Assembly: GCA_040285855.1 (NCBI GenBank)
Contig: JAUFOQ010000016.1
Span: 62,001-126,000 of the forward strand
Direction: 5' to 3'
DNA: 64,000 nucleotides
Source: Eukaryota sp. GEM-RC1
Taxonomy: Eukaryota
This document shows, piece by piece, positions 49,836 to 63,605 of the stretch (positions are counted from its first letter, which is position 1; every line of letters begins with the position of its first letter). Under the pieces are notes generated by a model that made no database searches, was not told where the DNA came from, and worked only from the letters and a program-made list of their open reading frames with translations. The translations under genes and the position numbers were made by a program.

Positions 49836-50975
49836 ATGGCCTCTCAACATGTTGTGTTGTTCTACCTGTTGATCACCTTTGTTACTTGTCTTGAACACCT
49901 TCATGCCGACTCTCCATTGCTCTTAGACACAGATGCTGAAGTTCACATTCTGGTACATCCTGATACAGACCCACCGTTCAATTCTGTAATTCATGTCTCT
50001 TGTTCTATCTCTGTACATGTTTATGTAGCATTTGGACATATTCCAACATCCAATAGATACTCATATGTCTATCAAGGCGATGCTTTTTCGATTAATCTCG
50101 ATGCTTGTCTCTTCTACTCCGGGTTTGATACTCTAAACCATCTGTATTTATCTCTTTTGCCCTCTTCCAACGTCGAATGTTCTTTCTCTTACTATACTTC
50201 TTATGCGTCCTTTTCGAACCCTCCCAGTGAGTCTGTTACTCTTAATCTACCCAGTGGCCATAGATTTTACTACAAAGTTGATGCCCATCATCTACATTCC
50301 CTTACTCTGAAAGCCAATAATGTTAGTTCTCTAATGGTTGGACAGTCTTGTCCTTTACGATCCTGGACTTCCATCAGCCACTGCTCTTCCTCTCCTTGTG
50401 TCTTCTCCTTCAACGATGTGCAGTCTGTTTGGGTAGCTGTAGAATCTATTGAAAATTCTATACCTTCGTTTGATTTCAGTTCTGAAGGTGATTCTCCTGG
50501 TAACACTTGTTCGTTTCTTTTCCAGCTGAACTATGTGTTTGTTGTTATAATGTTTCTGTTTTGCTTAACTCCAACAAAATATTACCAGTACACTGCAACT
50601 GTGTTGTGTTTATTTATTATATATGGTTCTTTCATTTCAGGAGATCTTTTTACAATTCTCGTTCTTTTGTATATATTTTATAAGAGAATTGTATATTTTT
50701 TTACTTGGGATATTGAACTTCGGTATGACATTCATCGAGAATGTTTGAGAATAATAATTATTGCAATGGTGGTAACCGTTTTGAATATGATTGTAAGTTT
50801 TATTTTTGAATTTGGGTATTTGCTGAAATTTTTAAACTGGTCAGCAATTTGCTATGAATTTAATTGGTTTTTTGTCGGGACTTTTATCTTTGAATCTTTT
50901 TTCCTATCAAATTTGATTGGATTATCAAAGGAAGAGGATTTAGATGCACATTCAATTGTAAGAGTTAGAGATTAA
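49836..50975 (+). CDS. Hypothetical membrane protein (signal peptide, extracellular domain, several C-terminal TM helices)
   Basis: Intact 379-aa ORF with a hydrophobic N-terminus and C-terminal third. Confidence 0.7.
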   Translation: MASQHVVLFYLLITFVTCLEHLHADSPLLLDTDAEVHILVHPDTDPPFNSVIHVSCSISVHVYVAFGHIPTSNRYSYVYQGDAFSINLDACLFYSGFDTLNHLYLSLLPSSNVECSFSYYTSYASFSNPPSESVTLNLPSGHRFYYKVDAHHLHSLTLKANNVSSLMVGQSCPLRSWTSISHCSSSPCVFSFNDVQSVWVAVESIENSIPSFDFSSEGDSPGNTCSFLFQLNYVFVVIMFLFCLTPTKYYQYTATVLCLFIIYGSFISGDLFTILVLLYIFYKRIVYFFTWDIELRYDIHRECLRIIIIAMVVTVLNMIVSFIFEFGYLLKFLNWSAICYEFNWFFVGTFIFESFFLSNLIGLSKEEDLDAHSIVRVRD

Positions 50976-51074
50976 TCACTATTTTTCAATATTTACATTG
51001 TTTTCTTTCGAATGACTGTCAGAATTGAAAACTGACAAACTGTAGAATAATATTTTTGATAAATTGACGATCAA

Positions 51075-53075
51075 TTAATCATAAAAACCTGTTAGCATCG
51101 ATTCAACCATGTTATCATATTGAAAAACAAAAGTTTTAAATTTTCCTAGCTGTACCTCCAATTCATCTATTAAATCAACTAATTTGCTCTCAAATTGAGT
51201 CATGTCAGGAGATTCATTATCTGGCGGTTTGATTGGAGGATCTGAGCCATGTAATCGTGCTTGATTGCACTCACGAATCCAAGTTTGCTTTCTAACCTGT
51301 TTGTAGCTCTTTCTGAGCCCTTCTTTCCATTTTTGACCTAAGTAGACCACGTGATAGGCTGACCTTAGACCAACACAAGAGTCAACGAAGTCTGTAGAAG
51401 GATCTAAAAGGTATTCAATGATATCAAGACCAGAACTGGAAGGAAGATTTGGGAAAGAGTCATTTAAATTTCTAAAAAATTCAAAATTTGCAGCAATTTT
51501 GTGAGTTCTTTCAACCAAAACAGGAGAAAGACCAATACACCCAGAAGTGTCAAAAAGACCAGAATCAAGGATGTTTTTGACCTGGTCAAGAGAATTCTTG
51601 TGACTGGGACAATAGGATTGGGTATGACCACCTTGCCACATTCTGTATACTTTGGGAGAGTATAATCAGTTTGAGCATCAGAATTAACAAATATAACCAC
51701 TGACTTGGTGTCCATTCTAGAAATAGTTTTTGGAGAAATACCAGGAAGAAAAGTGGCAAAAAGGGTTCACCCAATAGAGAATTAAACGGATGTGGACCTC
51801 CCGTATTCTGGAAAGAGGGACGTGATGAAATTGTTGATTGAGAAGGGATCGTTCGGATTTGGAAAGTATATACAGATTATTCAGATAATTAAGCCCTCTG
51901 TTGAAGGTTTGACTAATCATGACAACAAAACAATGGAATTTAGCATCAAAAAGGGCAGGTTGACGTGGTGATAACGTGACCTGAGGAGAAAAAGGGGCAG
52001 GAGAACGCATTGGAGACGAAAGAAATGAGGAAGACAGGTTAGTATCGGAATACGAAGTATTGAGATATTTTAATAATTCTGTACACACGGCGATACACAA
52101 GGAACTCATTGAACGACTTTCAAACAACTCTACAAAGATATTTAAAATTTCAGAACTTTGAACACCGATGGGACACGCCTCTGTACACTCATTTACAATT
52201 AATTTTGCAAGTGCTGTTGAAAAGTCAATGAAATAACTGCTTGAAAATGAGCCATCAATAGCTTCAGATAAGAAAACTAGCATATTCGAAATACTGTCAA
52301 AACAATCAGTACCATGAGAGTCAATCACGATTCCAATCAATCGGCGAAATAGACTAGATGACGAGAAATCAACAGGAGACAATATTAAAGGAGATGTGAA
52401 TGACGAGGTTGGTTGGTCATCTGCATCGTCCACCCAAAATAATTGAAATAATAAATTAATTGAAAGATTTTCTAAATTCTTGAAAAGAAAATTTGAAATC
52501 TCAGTTAGTGTTACATTGTTGAAATGTTGTTGTTCATGTTCAGCAAGGAAATTGACAGGTCCCCCAAACTCAGCAATGATCTCCGTAGAAGACAGAATTG
52601 AAGGAGGTTTTGACGAAAGAAGTGCAGAGAAAAGGGAAAGGAAAAGAGAGATGAATGCAGACATACATTCAGTGGAAAGAGAGGAAAAGGAGCAACCAGA
52701 GGAGAAAACAATAGAGGAAGATTGGCAAAGAGAGTGAGCAAAATCTCTGAGAGCGGCGATAGAAAGAGAATCAGTGAGATCGATGGCTGTATTGAGATGT
52801 GACAGTAGCTTCTTGGAAGAAGGAAGTGCAGAGACTATTTTCTTGACTATATCATGAGACTGAAGGGCAGAGGCAGGAGGAGAAGGTGAGATAGGAAGAT
52901 TATCTAGAGACGACAGTTGGGGACTAGTGGGAACGCTCTGAAGTACTGACTTAGCTTCTGGACTGAAGTGGATACTGTCATTTTCAGGTTTAAGCCATCG
53001 AGTAGCTCTGGTTTTTGGTGAGTAGTAGTAGACTTTGGATGAATCTTGGTCAACAACAGCAACCCAATCAGGCAT
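51075..53075 (-). CDS. WW-domain protein with several frameshifts (~51600-51800)
   Basis: MPDWVAVVDQDSSKVYYYSPKTRATRWLKP is a WW domain. Overlapping ORFs continue to 51075. Confidence 0.7.
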
Positions 53076-53130
53076 TAGTAGCTTCACTGGGTTTAGGGTG
53101 ACTGTCAACTCGTTGGAGAACAAAATTTTC

Positions 53131-54060
53131 CAGTGTTATACCTAGGGTAGTAATTTGAGTCGAGTCGAGTCAACTCAAGTCTGAAATTCTTGACTCAACT
53201 CGACTCATGAGTTATATGAGTCGAGTCAGGCTGACTCGCCAAATACAAGAGAGACTCAACTCGACTTATGAGTCCAGCGAGTCGAGTCAGGCTGACTCAT
53301 CCAAAATTCGACTGACTCGACTCGACTCATGAATCTTTTGATTGTCCAGAATTAAAAACGGTTTTATTTAGTACCTACTAGTTGTAGAACTACTACTCAA
53401 AATCAATACTACTATTAACTTCAATCAAATTTTTGGAATACCATGACCGTAAACAAAGCAAATACCTTGCAGTATCATCACTTAAACGAGCACGCTTCTT
53501 GCTAATAATGTGATCCAGAACGAGGGGAAGTTAGAAATGAGATGATTCTAGGTTGAGCGTCGTCATCACTGATATAGTGGATTGGTTGGTTGGTCATGAA
53601 TGATGAAAGGAAAAACCACCTTTTCAGTCGCCATCTTCATCATTTCTTAAAATAAAAAAAAACACTTTAAAATATAAATGTATTAAAGACCTTCATATTT
53701 TGAATCTAAACTTCAATTCAACTAGGATAGCTATTGGTACTTTATGGGAAACACTATAGTATTGACTCACGAGTCAAATGAGTTGAGTCAACTCGAGTTG
53801 GAAATTCCTGACTCGACTCGACTCATGAGTCATATGAGTCGTGTCAGGCTGACTCCACGAAATACAAGGGCGACTCGACTTGACTTATGAGTCAAGCGAG
53901 TCGAGTCAGGCTGACTCAACTCGAAACTCGTGAGTTTGACTCGACTCAAATTACAACCCTAGTTATACCATAACCGAATTTTCAAATGCCATGCGCCTAT
54001 GGCCTATGGGTCATGGCTTTCAGACGCATGGCGCGAAAATACGCATGGCACACATTGGCA
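53131..54060. mobile_element. Short CCAT/ATGG-repeat MITE (relative of 28515-29127) interrupted by a hAT element
   Basis: Reconstructed end CAGTGTTATACCATAACC versus CAGTGTTACGCCATAACC, followed by ATGG repeats at 53985-54060. Confidence 0.55.
53143..53961 (-). mobile_element. Internally deleted hAT element with GAGTC subterminal arrays
   Basis: TIR TAGGGT(A/T)GTAATTTGAGTCGAGTC, perfect TSD GTTATACC (53135-53142, 53962-53969), minus-strand hATC remnant HIISKKRARLSDDTARYLLCLRSWY at ~53438-53512. Confidence 0.95.
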
Positions 54061-54715
54061 ATACATGTATTTTCGATATCCAACCAAGTTAGTAGATATT
54101 ACGTAAATGAACACATATCGATATATCCCAGTATGTATTATTGGTTTGTAATTGCAAATTTGTTCTCCTACAATTCATTTCACAATCAATTTGAATCGAG
54201 TTCTGATTTTGATGATTCTCTTACTCCTGCAACATGGTGGAAATCAAATGGTACTCTAACTCTATCTGGTGCTGTCTGTAGTACATCTTCTGAAGATCCG
54301 CATTAAGACGACAGAAATCCATCTCAGAATGGTTATAATGTTCATCATCATGTTCAGCATCTTCTATGTACTGTTCGAGTATTCCAATTTGTTCATACAA
54401 ATCATCTCGACTGAGATCAGGTTCGGAAAACACGCAAAGTTCAGATGCCATGAAGAGCTCCTCCTCAGCAGAAGATTCAGTAAGTGCATCAGAAGAGGGA
54501 AAAGTAGACGGTGTCATAGATACGAAATCCAAATTCTTCTGGATTTGAAATTGTTACTGTTCTACTCGACTCAACCCCAAAAACTGGTTCTCCAAAAAAT
54601 GGAATGAAGTGAATTAGGATTTAGGGTAGACATGTGTTGAAGCGTGATCAATGAATAAGTGATTTTTCTGGAGTAGCAAACTATTAAAACAAAAAACTGA
54701 ATACGTTTTTCGATG

Positions 54716-55132
54716 TCATACTGAAGAAGTTGTGTTGAGTTCTGAACCAATGTTTTCCAAGCAATTAGTTAACTCTTGAGAAATTTCAGGAACATTCCCA
54801 AGCCAACATCCTAGAAAACAGAAAGCGTCTTCAACATAATTGATAACGTGAATCTGAACTCCATTAATCAATGATTCTTGTGTAGATCTACCAATTAATA
54901 AACATTTGTCTGGCAGTGGTAAACCTAATGTTTCATAAATATCAGCAACTTCCTCGGCGACCTCTATAAACAAATCAAGGGGTCCAATAATAGGGAAATT
55001 ATCCATATAGCCAATTATTATAAAGCTGGAAAACCCTCTGTTCACGAAGGTGTGAGCTGCACAAATAAACGCTTTTAAAACTGCACTGTATATACTCATC
55101 ATTCGTAGAGTTTCTGCACTAGCAGCGTTCAT
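54716..55132 (-). mobile_element. Non-LTR retrotransposon reverse-transcriptase fragment (CRE-like)
   Basis: IIGYMDNFPIIGP (degenerate YxDD), LGL...DKCLLIG and FCFLGCWLGN. Confidence 0.65.
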
Positions 55133-56049
55133 TTTTGCAGTGTTGGCAAATAAACAACAACTGCAAATGATGTCAATGAAGGTTGAATAATATGAAGAAC
55201 TTTCGCAGAAATACGGGTTTTTAAAGTTCTTGAATAGACGTAGAAAATGATGATGCTTTCAAGTACAAATCAAGAAAAGTGGGACATTGAACAAATCTAA
55301 AACAGTATCAATGAACAAAAGCTGTTAAAAGAAGAACAAGGACTAGACCACAATCTCTGTTACAAGTAAGTAAAAAAACATAGATTTCTTTGGTACCCAA
55401 ATGTTAACATTACGACAAAGATATAAATATGAATTTGTAAAAGCAAACAAAAATACTAAAAGTTAAGCAAGTAGTGTAGCGTTGTACCACTATTTCTGAC
55501 AATTAATGTGTGTGGTAATGTCAAAATGATGGAGGAAGTAGGTTTTTAATGAAAGGCTGTACTGTTGTTAAAAACCTTCACATTATCATTTCCATAGCCG
55601 TACTAGCAGTGAGTTCAAACTACATGTATGAGGATTAAGCTTTGGTAAGATCAGATAGTTATTGGTCCTGTTTTAACGACATCAAATTATAGTCCAACAA
55701 TTAAAGTTGTGTGTTCAATTTATTGCATTTAGAAAATCCATGTTTATTTAAACAGTTTCACTATGATGTTTTAATGGTTGGTTATGATTGTTCGTAATGA
55801 CGTTAATTAAAGAACCAAAGAAATGAAGCGAAAACAGCTACCAGTACAACACGCTCAGTAAGACAGAGTTCCATAGGAACATCTATAACGTCTTCAGTGT
55901 TTAAACTTTAATATGCAAGTAAAACCAAACAGGTAAAAACAATGTTTTGCAAAATTAGGTGCAGGAAAAAGGAGACGTAGAACCGGGACGTCTATCGGAA
56001 TTGGAAACAAACCCGTTATGTACTGTATTTGTACAGCACTACCTAATAG

Positions 56050-57229
56050 TAGGGCTGTCAATTTCTCCCATTTCTCCCAACTCCCACCCAACTCCCATCT
56101 CCCATGACCCTTGGGAGTGGGAGTGGGAGCTTCAGTAGCAATTTTTGGGAGTGGGAGTGGGAGTGGGAGCTCTCCGTTGGGAGGTGGGAACTCCCAAAAC
56201 TCCCATCTCCCATTTACAGACACAACTCTAACTTCAATTTAAAACAGAAACAAACTAGCTAGACAAATACAGTTATAATTTTTCTAGAATATTAATAGGA
56301 CTAGGTGTATTACATTTTTACTGTCTTTGTTTTGTTTTGTTTTATTTATTTTCGTTTTATAAAGAGCGTGGTTGTTTATCTGTAAATTTCAACCAATGTC
56401 ATCGCTTGAATTATCTGAAGATCCTGAAAACTCTGGTCTGTTTAAACATCCTGATTTTATCGAATTTGTTTCCTCTCTTTCAGATTCATTCAAAATTCCA
56501 AAAAGAACCACGATAAGAAATGATATGTTGAATGTTTATGAGTTATTTAAAGGATACTTGATAGATAAATTCAAAAATGTGTGTAATTCTTCTAAAGTAT
56601 CTATTAGGATTGATAGATGGACATCGAATACAAACAAGCATTTTAATGGGGTAACAGTTCACTGTATTGAAGACTGGAATTTAAACATTTACAATGTACG
56701 TCCACGGTTTTAAGCACTTGAAAGAAAACCACACTGCCATCAACATTGCCGATGCTGTGGAAGAAATTATTACTGAATTTGGTTTAAAATACAAAATGTG
56801 TTGTGTTTCAACAGGTATTCACGACTATCCGCATACATTGTATGCTAAGAACTTTATGACAACACAAGCCTCATCAGTTCCAAGTGAACAGTTATTTTCT
56901 CAGGCAGGGTGTGTTGTTACGAAGTTACGAGCTTCCTTGAGTAGTGATTCTATTGAAGTAGTCCTTTGTTTGAAATCATGGTTCAAAGGTCGGGAGATGA
57001 GAGAGTTGTTCATGAATCAGAGATAGAGTTAGTGATTGTTATGTTTATAAAGTAAAGTGTCATTGTACTAGAAGATACAAAAATGGGAGTTGGGTGGGAG
57101 TTGGGAGAATTTGTTGGGAGTGGGAGGTGGGAGTGGGAGTCTCACCTATGACAAGTGGGAGGTGGGAGTGGTAGTGGGAGAACACGTGTTGGGAGTGGGA
57201 GAAACTCCCATCTCCCATTAACAGCCCTA
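56050..57229 (+). mobile_element. Internally deleted hAT element with GGGAG(T) subterminal arrays
   Basis: TIR TAGGGCTGT(C/T)AA, perfect TSD CCTAATAG (56042-56049, 57230-57237), transposase fragments IDRWTS...GVTVH, HTAINIA and ASSVPSEQLFS (56372-57026). Confidence 0.95.
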
Positions 57230-57275
57230 CCTAATAGACTGTTGTTCTACTGTCCCACCATTTTGCCCAAAATTT

Positions 57276-58521
57276 TTGATCTCTTCACCTCCTCCTATTA
57301 TGTTGGAAGACAATCTAGATTGTATGCGAGATGGCACTTCGCTCATCTTCTTTATGCCACCACCTGCAAAATATATCGTCATGGTGCCTACAAAGTTCGA
57401 AAACTTCTTCCGTAAATTCGACGACTCAATTATCCGGTTCCTACAGTCCTTCTTCAACACATTCTGGCTTGTATTTGATCTACTGATCACATTCTTCACC
57501 ACCGTCGAATTTGGTATGGTCTTCTCGTTCGTGTTACTTTTTGGCGGCCTTGATTCTCTTGAAGGTGAAACCACTTACATCGTCCTCATTGTGTGTCTCT
57601 TCTCTCAGATTCCTAAACGATTCCTCTGGAGAAGTAGACCGTTTATGGTTGGTCGATCCGCTCCTTATTCTAAGCCAAAAACCTCTTCTATTCCATCCCG
57701 AGCTGTAACGTGTGCCACTGTCTATGCTTGCTCCTTCATGTACTACCAAGGACTTTCCCCTGCTGGATATGTCTTCTCCTTCAAGTATTTAGCCTACCCA
57801 ATCATCTTCATCATCCTCTCTTCCCATTCTCGTATCCAACTGGGTTGTCACTATCCCTCTGATTGCCTGATTGGTGCCTTTAATGGGATAGTTTCAGCAA
57901 TCTTTGGATCGGCTCTTAACTTTATGTTAACATTGGGATGTGGTAGTTGTTTTGATGGAAGTTGCTACGCTCCCTCTCATGGGTCTAACACTATTACTTG
58001 GGCTAGACTTGATTTAGTTAATTGGAAATTCTTTTGGCTAGTATTTGGATTAGGAATCTTTTTAACTTTAATTTCAACAATCAAACCTATTAGATTTTTG
58101 GTGTAAGTGTCATTTGGTGTTTGGGTTTCTGTTGCCCTCGATTGCATTTGATTACTCATGTTTGTGCAAGCCTCTATCAAGTATCAAATCAGCTGTAGCG
58201 GAATTGGAAGGTGGTTTTCAACTACCAGACTTTCTGTTTGGACTAGCAATCGGTTCAGCAGTCATGGGAATTGGTATCTTTATTGGAAAGTTCATCAAGG
58301 ATCCAGCAAGTAGTTCTCGTAGAATAGTTGTAAGCCAAGAGGATGCTATTCTGACTAGTGATGGTACTTTTTCTGAGTCAGATGTGGATGAAACTGCTAG
58401 TTTGTTGAACAATGAAGGCGAAACAAAACCCTCCAGGTCGAAGTTACATAGAGAAAGTAAGGTGCTGAAGAAGAGGAAAAAGGAAAAGAAGAAAAAAGAA
58501 AATGTTTCCCGGACAAATTGA
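57276..58521 (+). CDS. PAP2-family membrane phosphatase; frameshift at ~58096, both ends uncertain
   Basis: PAP2 motifs KRFLWRSRP, SSIPSRAV and SRIQLGCHYPSD, with multiple TM helices. Confidence 0.8.
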
Positions 58522-58800
58522 AATATTGTCTGTTTTAGGATTCATATTTATGTTTTTAGTTCTGTTTTTTGCGTCTCTTTATTGGAGAACATCGGGTATT
58601 CGAAATCACTTTGTCGAACTCTGATCGTGATGACGTGTAGGTCATTCAACACGTGTCTTTGTTGTTAAGTTATTATTATGTGTATTATATTATATTTAGT
58701 TATTATAAATAGTGAAATGATAAACCTTCTGCGGATATATTTTTTTGGAAATTATTTCAAATTCAAAAACTGAGAACTGACTAAACCAACAATCCTTCCA

Positions 58801-59532
58801 TTACTCTTTAATTACATGTACAAAATTCCTACAATGATCAGCAAAAGTCATTCGACTTACTTGCCGACCCTCTTTTTTTGTTTTTTCTATTAATTCCATA
58901 GCCACATCATAATTAAACCCATGTTCAACTAAAACAGATATAATTTCTTCTATTTCGACTTCCCTGGTTATATTCTCATAGATCCAACCAAGCCACGCAT
59001 CCGGTAGTTTGTTGGTTAAAAAATCGTGTAAGTCTTGGAACGAAACTTTTTGATCATTGTTTGTGTCTAGAGACATAAGAAAAGAGATGGCTTGTAGTAC
59101 ATCCTCTTCTTTCCATCCATCCTTGGATAGAGTAATTTGTATGGAGAAAGGTGTGATGAAACCACGATGTAGATCATCCACATCAAACTTCTTGAATTCA
59201 GCAAGGATGTTGAGGTCTGAATTGCCGTGGTTAAGACGTAGTTTTCGAAAACTAGAGAATGTGAGTTTATCTTTGACTGGGGAGTCTAAACAAGCTTCTT
59301 TAAGTATCCTCTTGAGTTCAGTGTTGGTGGGATATAGGCCAAGAGATTGATAGGCAGTTTTCAAGTCAGTCAGCCTAATGACCCCATCATTGTCTACATC
59401 AAGTCTATCAAAGACCATCTTTGACATTGTGTCAGACTCAGGAGTGTCTAGAAGTATCATAAAGGATCTATGGGGTGGAGATGAAAATTTCCCGTTCTCC
59501 AATACAATATAACCAAATGTCGAAATCAACAT
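58801..59532 (-). CDS. EF-hand (calmodulin/centrin-like) protein; true start possibly at 59427
   Basis: EF-hand loops DVDNDGVI, FDVDD..GFI and DTNNDQKVSF. Confidence 0.8.
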   Translation of the reverse strand: MLISTFGYIVLENGKFSSPPHRSFMILLDTPESDTMSKMVFDRLDVDNDGVIRLTDLKTAYQSLGLYPTNTELKRILKEACLDSPVKDKLTFSSFRKLRLNHGNSDLNILAEFKKFDVDDLHRGFITPFSIQITLSKDGWKEEDVLQAISFLMSLDTNNDQKVSFQDLHDFLTNKLPDAWLGWIYENITREVEIEEIISVLVEHGFNYDVAMELIEKTKKEGRQVSRMTFADHCRNFVHVIKE

Positions 59533-59976
59533 TAGTCAGCGAGGCACTATAAAGCAAGGAATATTAAGACAAACCATCATAACATTTCCATTGATGTACT
59601 TTTACAGGTCAAAATACTGTAATGATGATCCTTTCGGCTTTTTAGAATATATCTAGATGGATTATTGAACAAATGGAATACTAGAATGTGAACAAAAACT
59701 CAATTTCAGTAAACCGAGTTTTACATCGTACACATTATGAATTAAGTCGTGTTATGACAGGGTTTTCTAGAAATGAATTCCCATATAAATTATGTTCAAT
59801 GTGTGTTCCTTCAAATACCACAAACGGAGAATTACGGAAATTAATTAGAGGAACATGACTTAACTACAATAGAAACACTACGAATCAATATACATTCCCT
59901 CTGTACCCTAAAAAAAATACAATATACAAGTTATAAAATACAGTTCAAACAATAAAAATCGACTTCAACTAACTAA

Positions 59977-60652
59977 CTACCTTGCAATAGCTTCATTCAG
60001 AACCATTTCAACATTTCTCAACTCATTAACAGGGAGCTTTACACTATTCAAGTCAAGATCTGGAACCCCCAGCTTCTCACAATCAGAGGCTTCAAAATCT
60101 TCGATAGAGCCACCTTTCAACTCACCTTCCACCCACATACCCAGGTACTTCCTTTTAGTTTTTACATTCCAACTGATACCTTCGCCATGTTTCAAGTCAT
60201 TTTCGAAAAGCCCCTCGAAGAGATTTCCATTTCCAAACTCGATTTTGCCTTTACCGTGTCGTTTACCATCAACAAATTCACCAACATAAATGTCTTGATC
60301 TTTAGTTGTGTAAGTTCCAAAACCAGATGGTTTGTTATCAAATAAATCTCCTTCAAAGACGTCACCATTGAGGGAAGAACCAGCGACCAAACCCACATGC
60401 AACATCCTTTGACCATTCACCTTCATATTGTTTGAACACAGTATTGTTCTTGGAGATCCAAAGAGTCCCAAAACCGTGGCGGAGATCGCTGTAAAACTGT
60501 CCTTCATATTTAGATCCGTCCACATAGACGAAGATTCCCTGTCCATGTTTTCGATTGTTTCGCCATTCTCCCACATAACTAGAACCATCAGGAAAATAAA
60601 TGGTTTGCCTAGCTCCAGTACGAGTAGCAAAAAGTTGTCTAGTAGAGTTCAT
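59977..60652 (-). CDS. MORN-repeat protein (MORN3-like); +1 frameshift at ~60372
   Basis: Repeated YxGEWxNxxxHGxG motifs across two overlapping ORFs. Confidence 0.85.
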
Positions 60653-60727
60653 AAGTGATAAAAAGGAAGTTGTAAGCTTTTGTGAAGTGGTGTTGAGAAA
60701 TTGTCTTCTACAATGTACATATAGCTC

Positions 60728-63605
60728 ATGTTGGTACAATCAAACCATCTTCAGATGCTTCTTCCTCGTTCTTTATTAGTATTGATCCATCATCATGTTA
60801 TCAGAAACCGTTTAAACCCATCGTGCACAGTCAATGGTGATGAAGATTCTCGTCAATCCCTACATTGTTTGATGGAACAACTACCTTCCGTCTTTCAGAG
60901 CTTTGGTTTTGTTAGCAAGCGATTCTTCGAATCTTGTTTCTCTGCTGTTAGATTGGTTTTTGAAAGAACCACGTTATTCACCCACTATGAACATCTTCCC
61001 CAACTTTTCACCTTGTCTGCTCTCTTTCAGGCTGAACTTAGATCCTTATCATTAGAGGCTCATCAGACATACGATGACCATCAGATCCATTCTTATTCTT
61101 GCAGAGTTTCTGAATTAGCTTTTGGTTCCGATTTCAACTATGAACAGCTGAATCTTATTTCTTCTTATCCTAATCTTCTACGTCTCACCACTCTTGTTCG
61201 ACATTCAGAAGATTTGCAGCATCTTTGTCATTGTTTAACGTTTAATTCCACTGTTGAGGAGTTGAATCTGTCCTTCAGATATTATTCTAGTGGGTCACAA
61301 ATAATTGAACTATCAAAACTCTTTTCTGGAAATTCCACCTTGAATATAGTTAAAATTTCCACTCCCAAATCTTCTCTTGATTCAGTCAAAGTACAACCAC
61401 TTTTAACAAGTCTATTTAACAACACTTTTGTCCAATCACTTGATCTATCTGAGCTTTGTTTTGATTGTTCTCTTGGTCATGATGTATTCTCAGAACTTAA
61501 AAACAATTCATCTCTAAAAGAACTTTACCTTGGGTTCCACAGTTTGAATAATTCTGCAGTGAAAGAACTGGTTGAAACTCTAGAATTTAATAATACTTTG
61601 AAAAAACTTCATTTACAAGGGTGCTCCTACTCATTATCACCCGTCTTTAAGTATCTTGCAACAAACACTTCTCTACTAGAGCTTGACATTGTCAAATCTG
61701 ATAGACAACGACTCAATCACCAAGAAGTTAAGGATCTCGTTGACATGATAGAGGGGAATTCTCATTTACTTGTATTAACTGTTGATGGTAAGCTCTTAAG
61801 TTCATATAGAGTCAAAACCATTCTTAAAGCACTGGAAAACAACTTAGTATTAAAGAAGGTTAGTTTTCCATCATTAGATATGAATGTATCTTTGTTAATG
61901 ACTGTTTTCGAGAGTTTGTCCCTTGTGACGTCTACTATAGATGTCTGGCCACACGCAGTCAATTTTAATAATGGTATATTTTGTTTGTCTTCCTGTTCTG
62001 GTGTTCAAATCAATGTTCAGGATGTCTCTGTTCTACAATCTCTTTTGTCTCGGTGTTCTATCAAAAACTTTACCATTAAAGGATGTAGGTTCACTGACCA
62101 GGCATTTGCAGATCTTTGTGATCTCATTGGGCTAAGTGATTCGTTGACTTTTGTTGACTTTAGTGACTGTCAACTTTCTGATAACAGTGTGTTAGCTATA
62201 CTTCGTGCAATTCATTCCAATACTTATTTAAAACAGATTAATCTCAATAATAGTGGATGTACACTCCTCAGTCTGTTTTCTGTTTTTGAGTTGTTTTCAG
62301 TTAACACATTACTTCCAAATATTGAAATATCTCCTCATTCAATTGACCTATCACGTGGCTGTATTCATTATGACAAAATGATTGAACATGTGGATTTAGT
62401 TTCACTACTCAAAGCTTTAAAATCCAATATCCCCATTAAAAGTTTAAAATTCTCTGGTTTAATTCCTCTGGATCTTAAAGGACTTTCTACTATATTTGAA
62501 ATCCTCACCATTAATAACTCAGTTTTAGATCTGGACATTACTCCACACGTAGCTAATGTTGAAAAGGGAATTCTTATCTTTTCTTCACACCGGTACTTTC
62601 ATGAAACTAGTAATGATGAACTTTCAACTCTAAAGTCAATCGTAAGTCGTTTTAAAGTTAAGGAGCTAGGCGTTACAGACTGTCGGTTCACCAAAAGTGG
62701 AATTAATATTCTATGTGATATCATTAGAACGACTTCATTGACTTCTGTTGATCTTAGCAGCTGTGCATTATCTGACTTCGATTTCTCTTTGCTTATTCGA
62801 GCAATTCAGAGCAATTCTTCTTTGAAAAGAGTCGATCTCAGTAATAATGCTCTTGGAATCCAAAAGTCTTTTGAAAGTTTTTGAACTCATTTCAAACGAC
62901 AAATTAGTTTCCGAGATTAATGTCTATATCCATACGGTTGATGTTTCTACTGGTTTGATTTCTTATCAAACTTCTGTCAAAAATGATGACATTATTGCAC
63001 TTTTACAAGCTTTAAGATCTAATATCCCCATCAAACGTCTTTATCATTTTGGATCTCAACATTTGACCTTTATAGGAGTTGTAGCTCTCTATGAAGTTCT
63101 TTCCATTAATCCGACAATAACAACTGATGAAGAAAACAGTCTCTACTATCATTGTGTTGACGTGATCAATGGAATATTTTCTTATACAGCAGGTAAACCC
63201 TTAAAAGTTAAGGCAAAAGAAGTTGAATCTCTCCATGCTTTGTTAAGAGGTTACAGTATCAGAGAGCTTACGCTTAAACGCTTTCGATTCTCCGTTGAAG
63301 CCATCAATGTTTTGTGTGATTTCTTTAGGGTCAATAACTCGTTGACTTTGGTTGACTTGAGTCAGTGCTTGTTATCTGATTCTGATGTTTTGAAATTAAT
63401 TCGTGCACTTGAACAAAACACTCGGTCAATACTTTCTTCTATTAATCTACAATCTAATCGTATTACTTCAGATGGAGCTAGATCTTTTACTAATGAGATG
63501 ATTAGGAATTCCATGAGTTTTGAGGTGGATTTCCGTTCCAACTCTATTGACTCAAAAACAAAACAATTCCTCAAAACGTTGCCAAATTGTAGGGTGTTGT
63601 GTTGA
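60728..63605 (+). CDS. Large ribonuclease-inhibitor-like LRR protein; +1 frameshift at ~62860
   Basis: Repeated N.SL..VDLS.C.LSD and 'ALKSNIPIK' super-repeats. Confidence 0.8.

Noticed and set aside
56060..56215. GGGAGT arrays as telomere or stand-alone G-quadruplex locus (also 57083-57218)
   Set aside because: They are the subterminal repeats of the hAT element 56050-57229.
16880..62884. Genome-wide programmed ribosomal frameshifting (Euplotes-like)
   Set aside because: Shifts are both +1 and -1, fall in A, T, G and C runs, and lack a shared slippery-codon-plus-stop motif. Homopolymer sequencing error is the simpler explanation.
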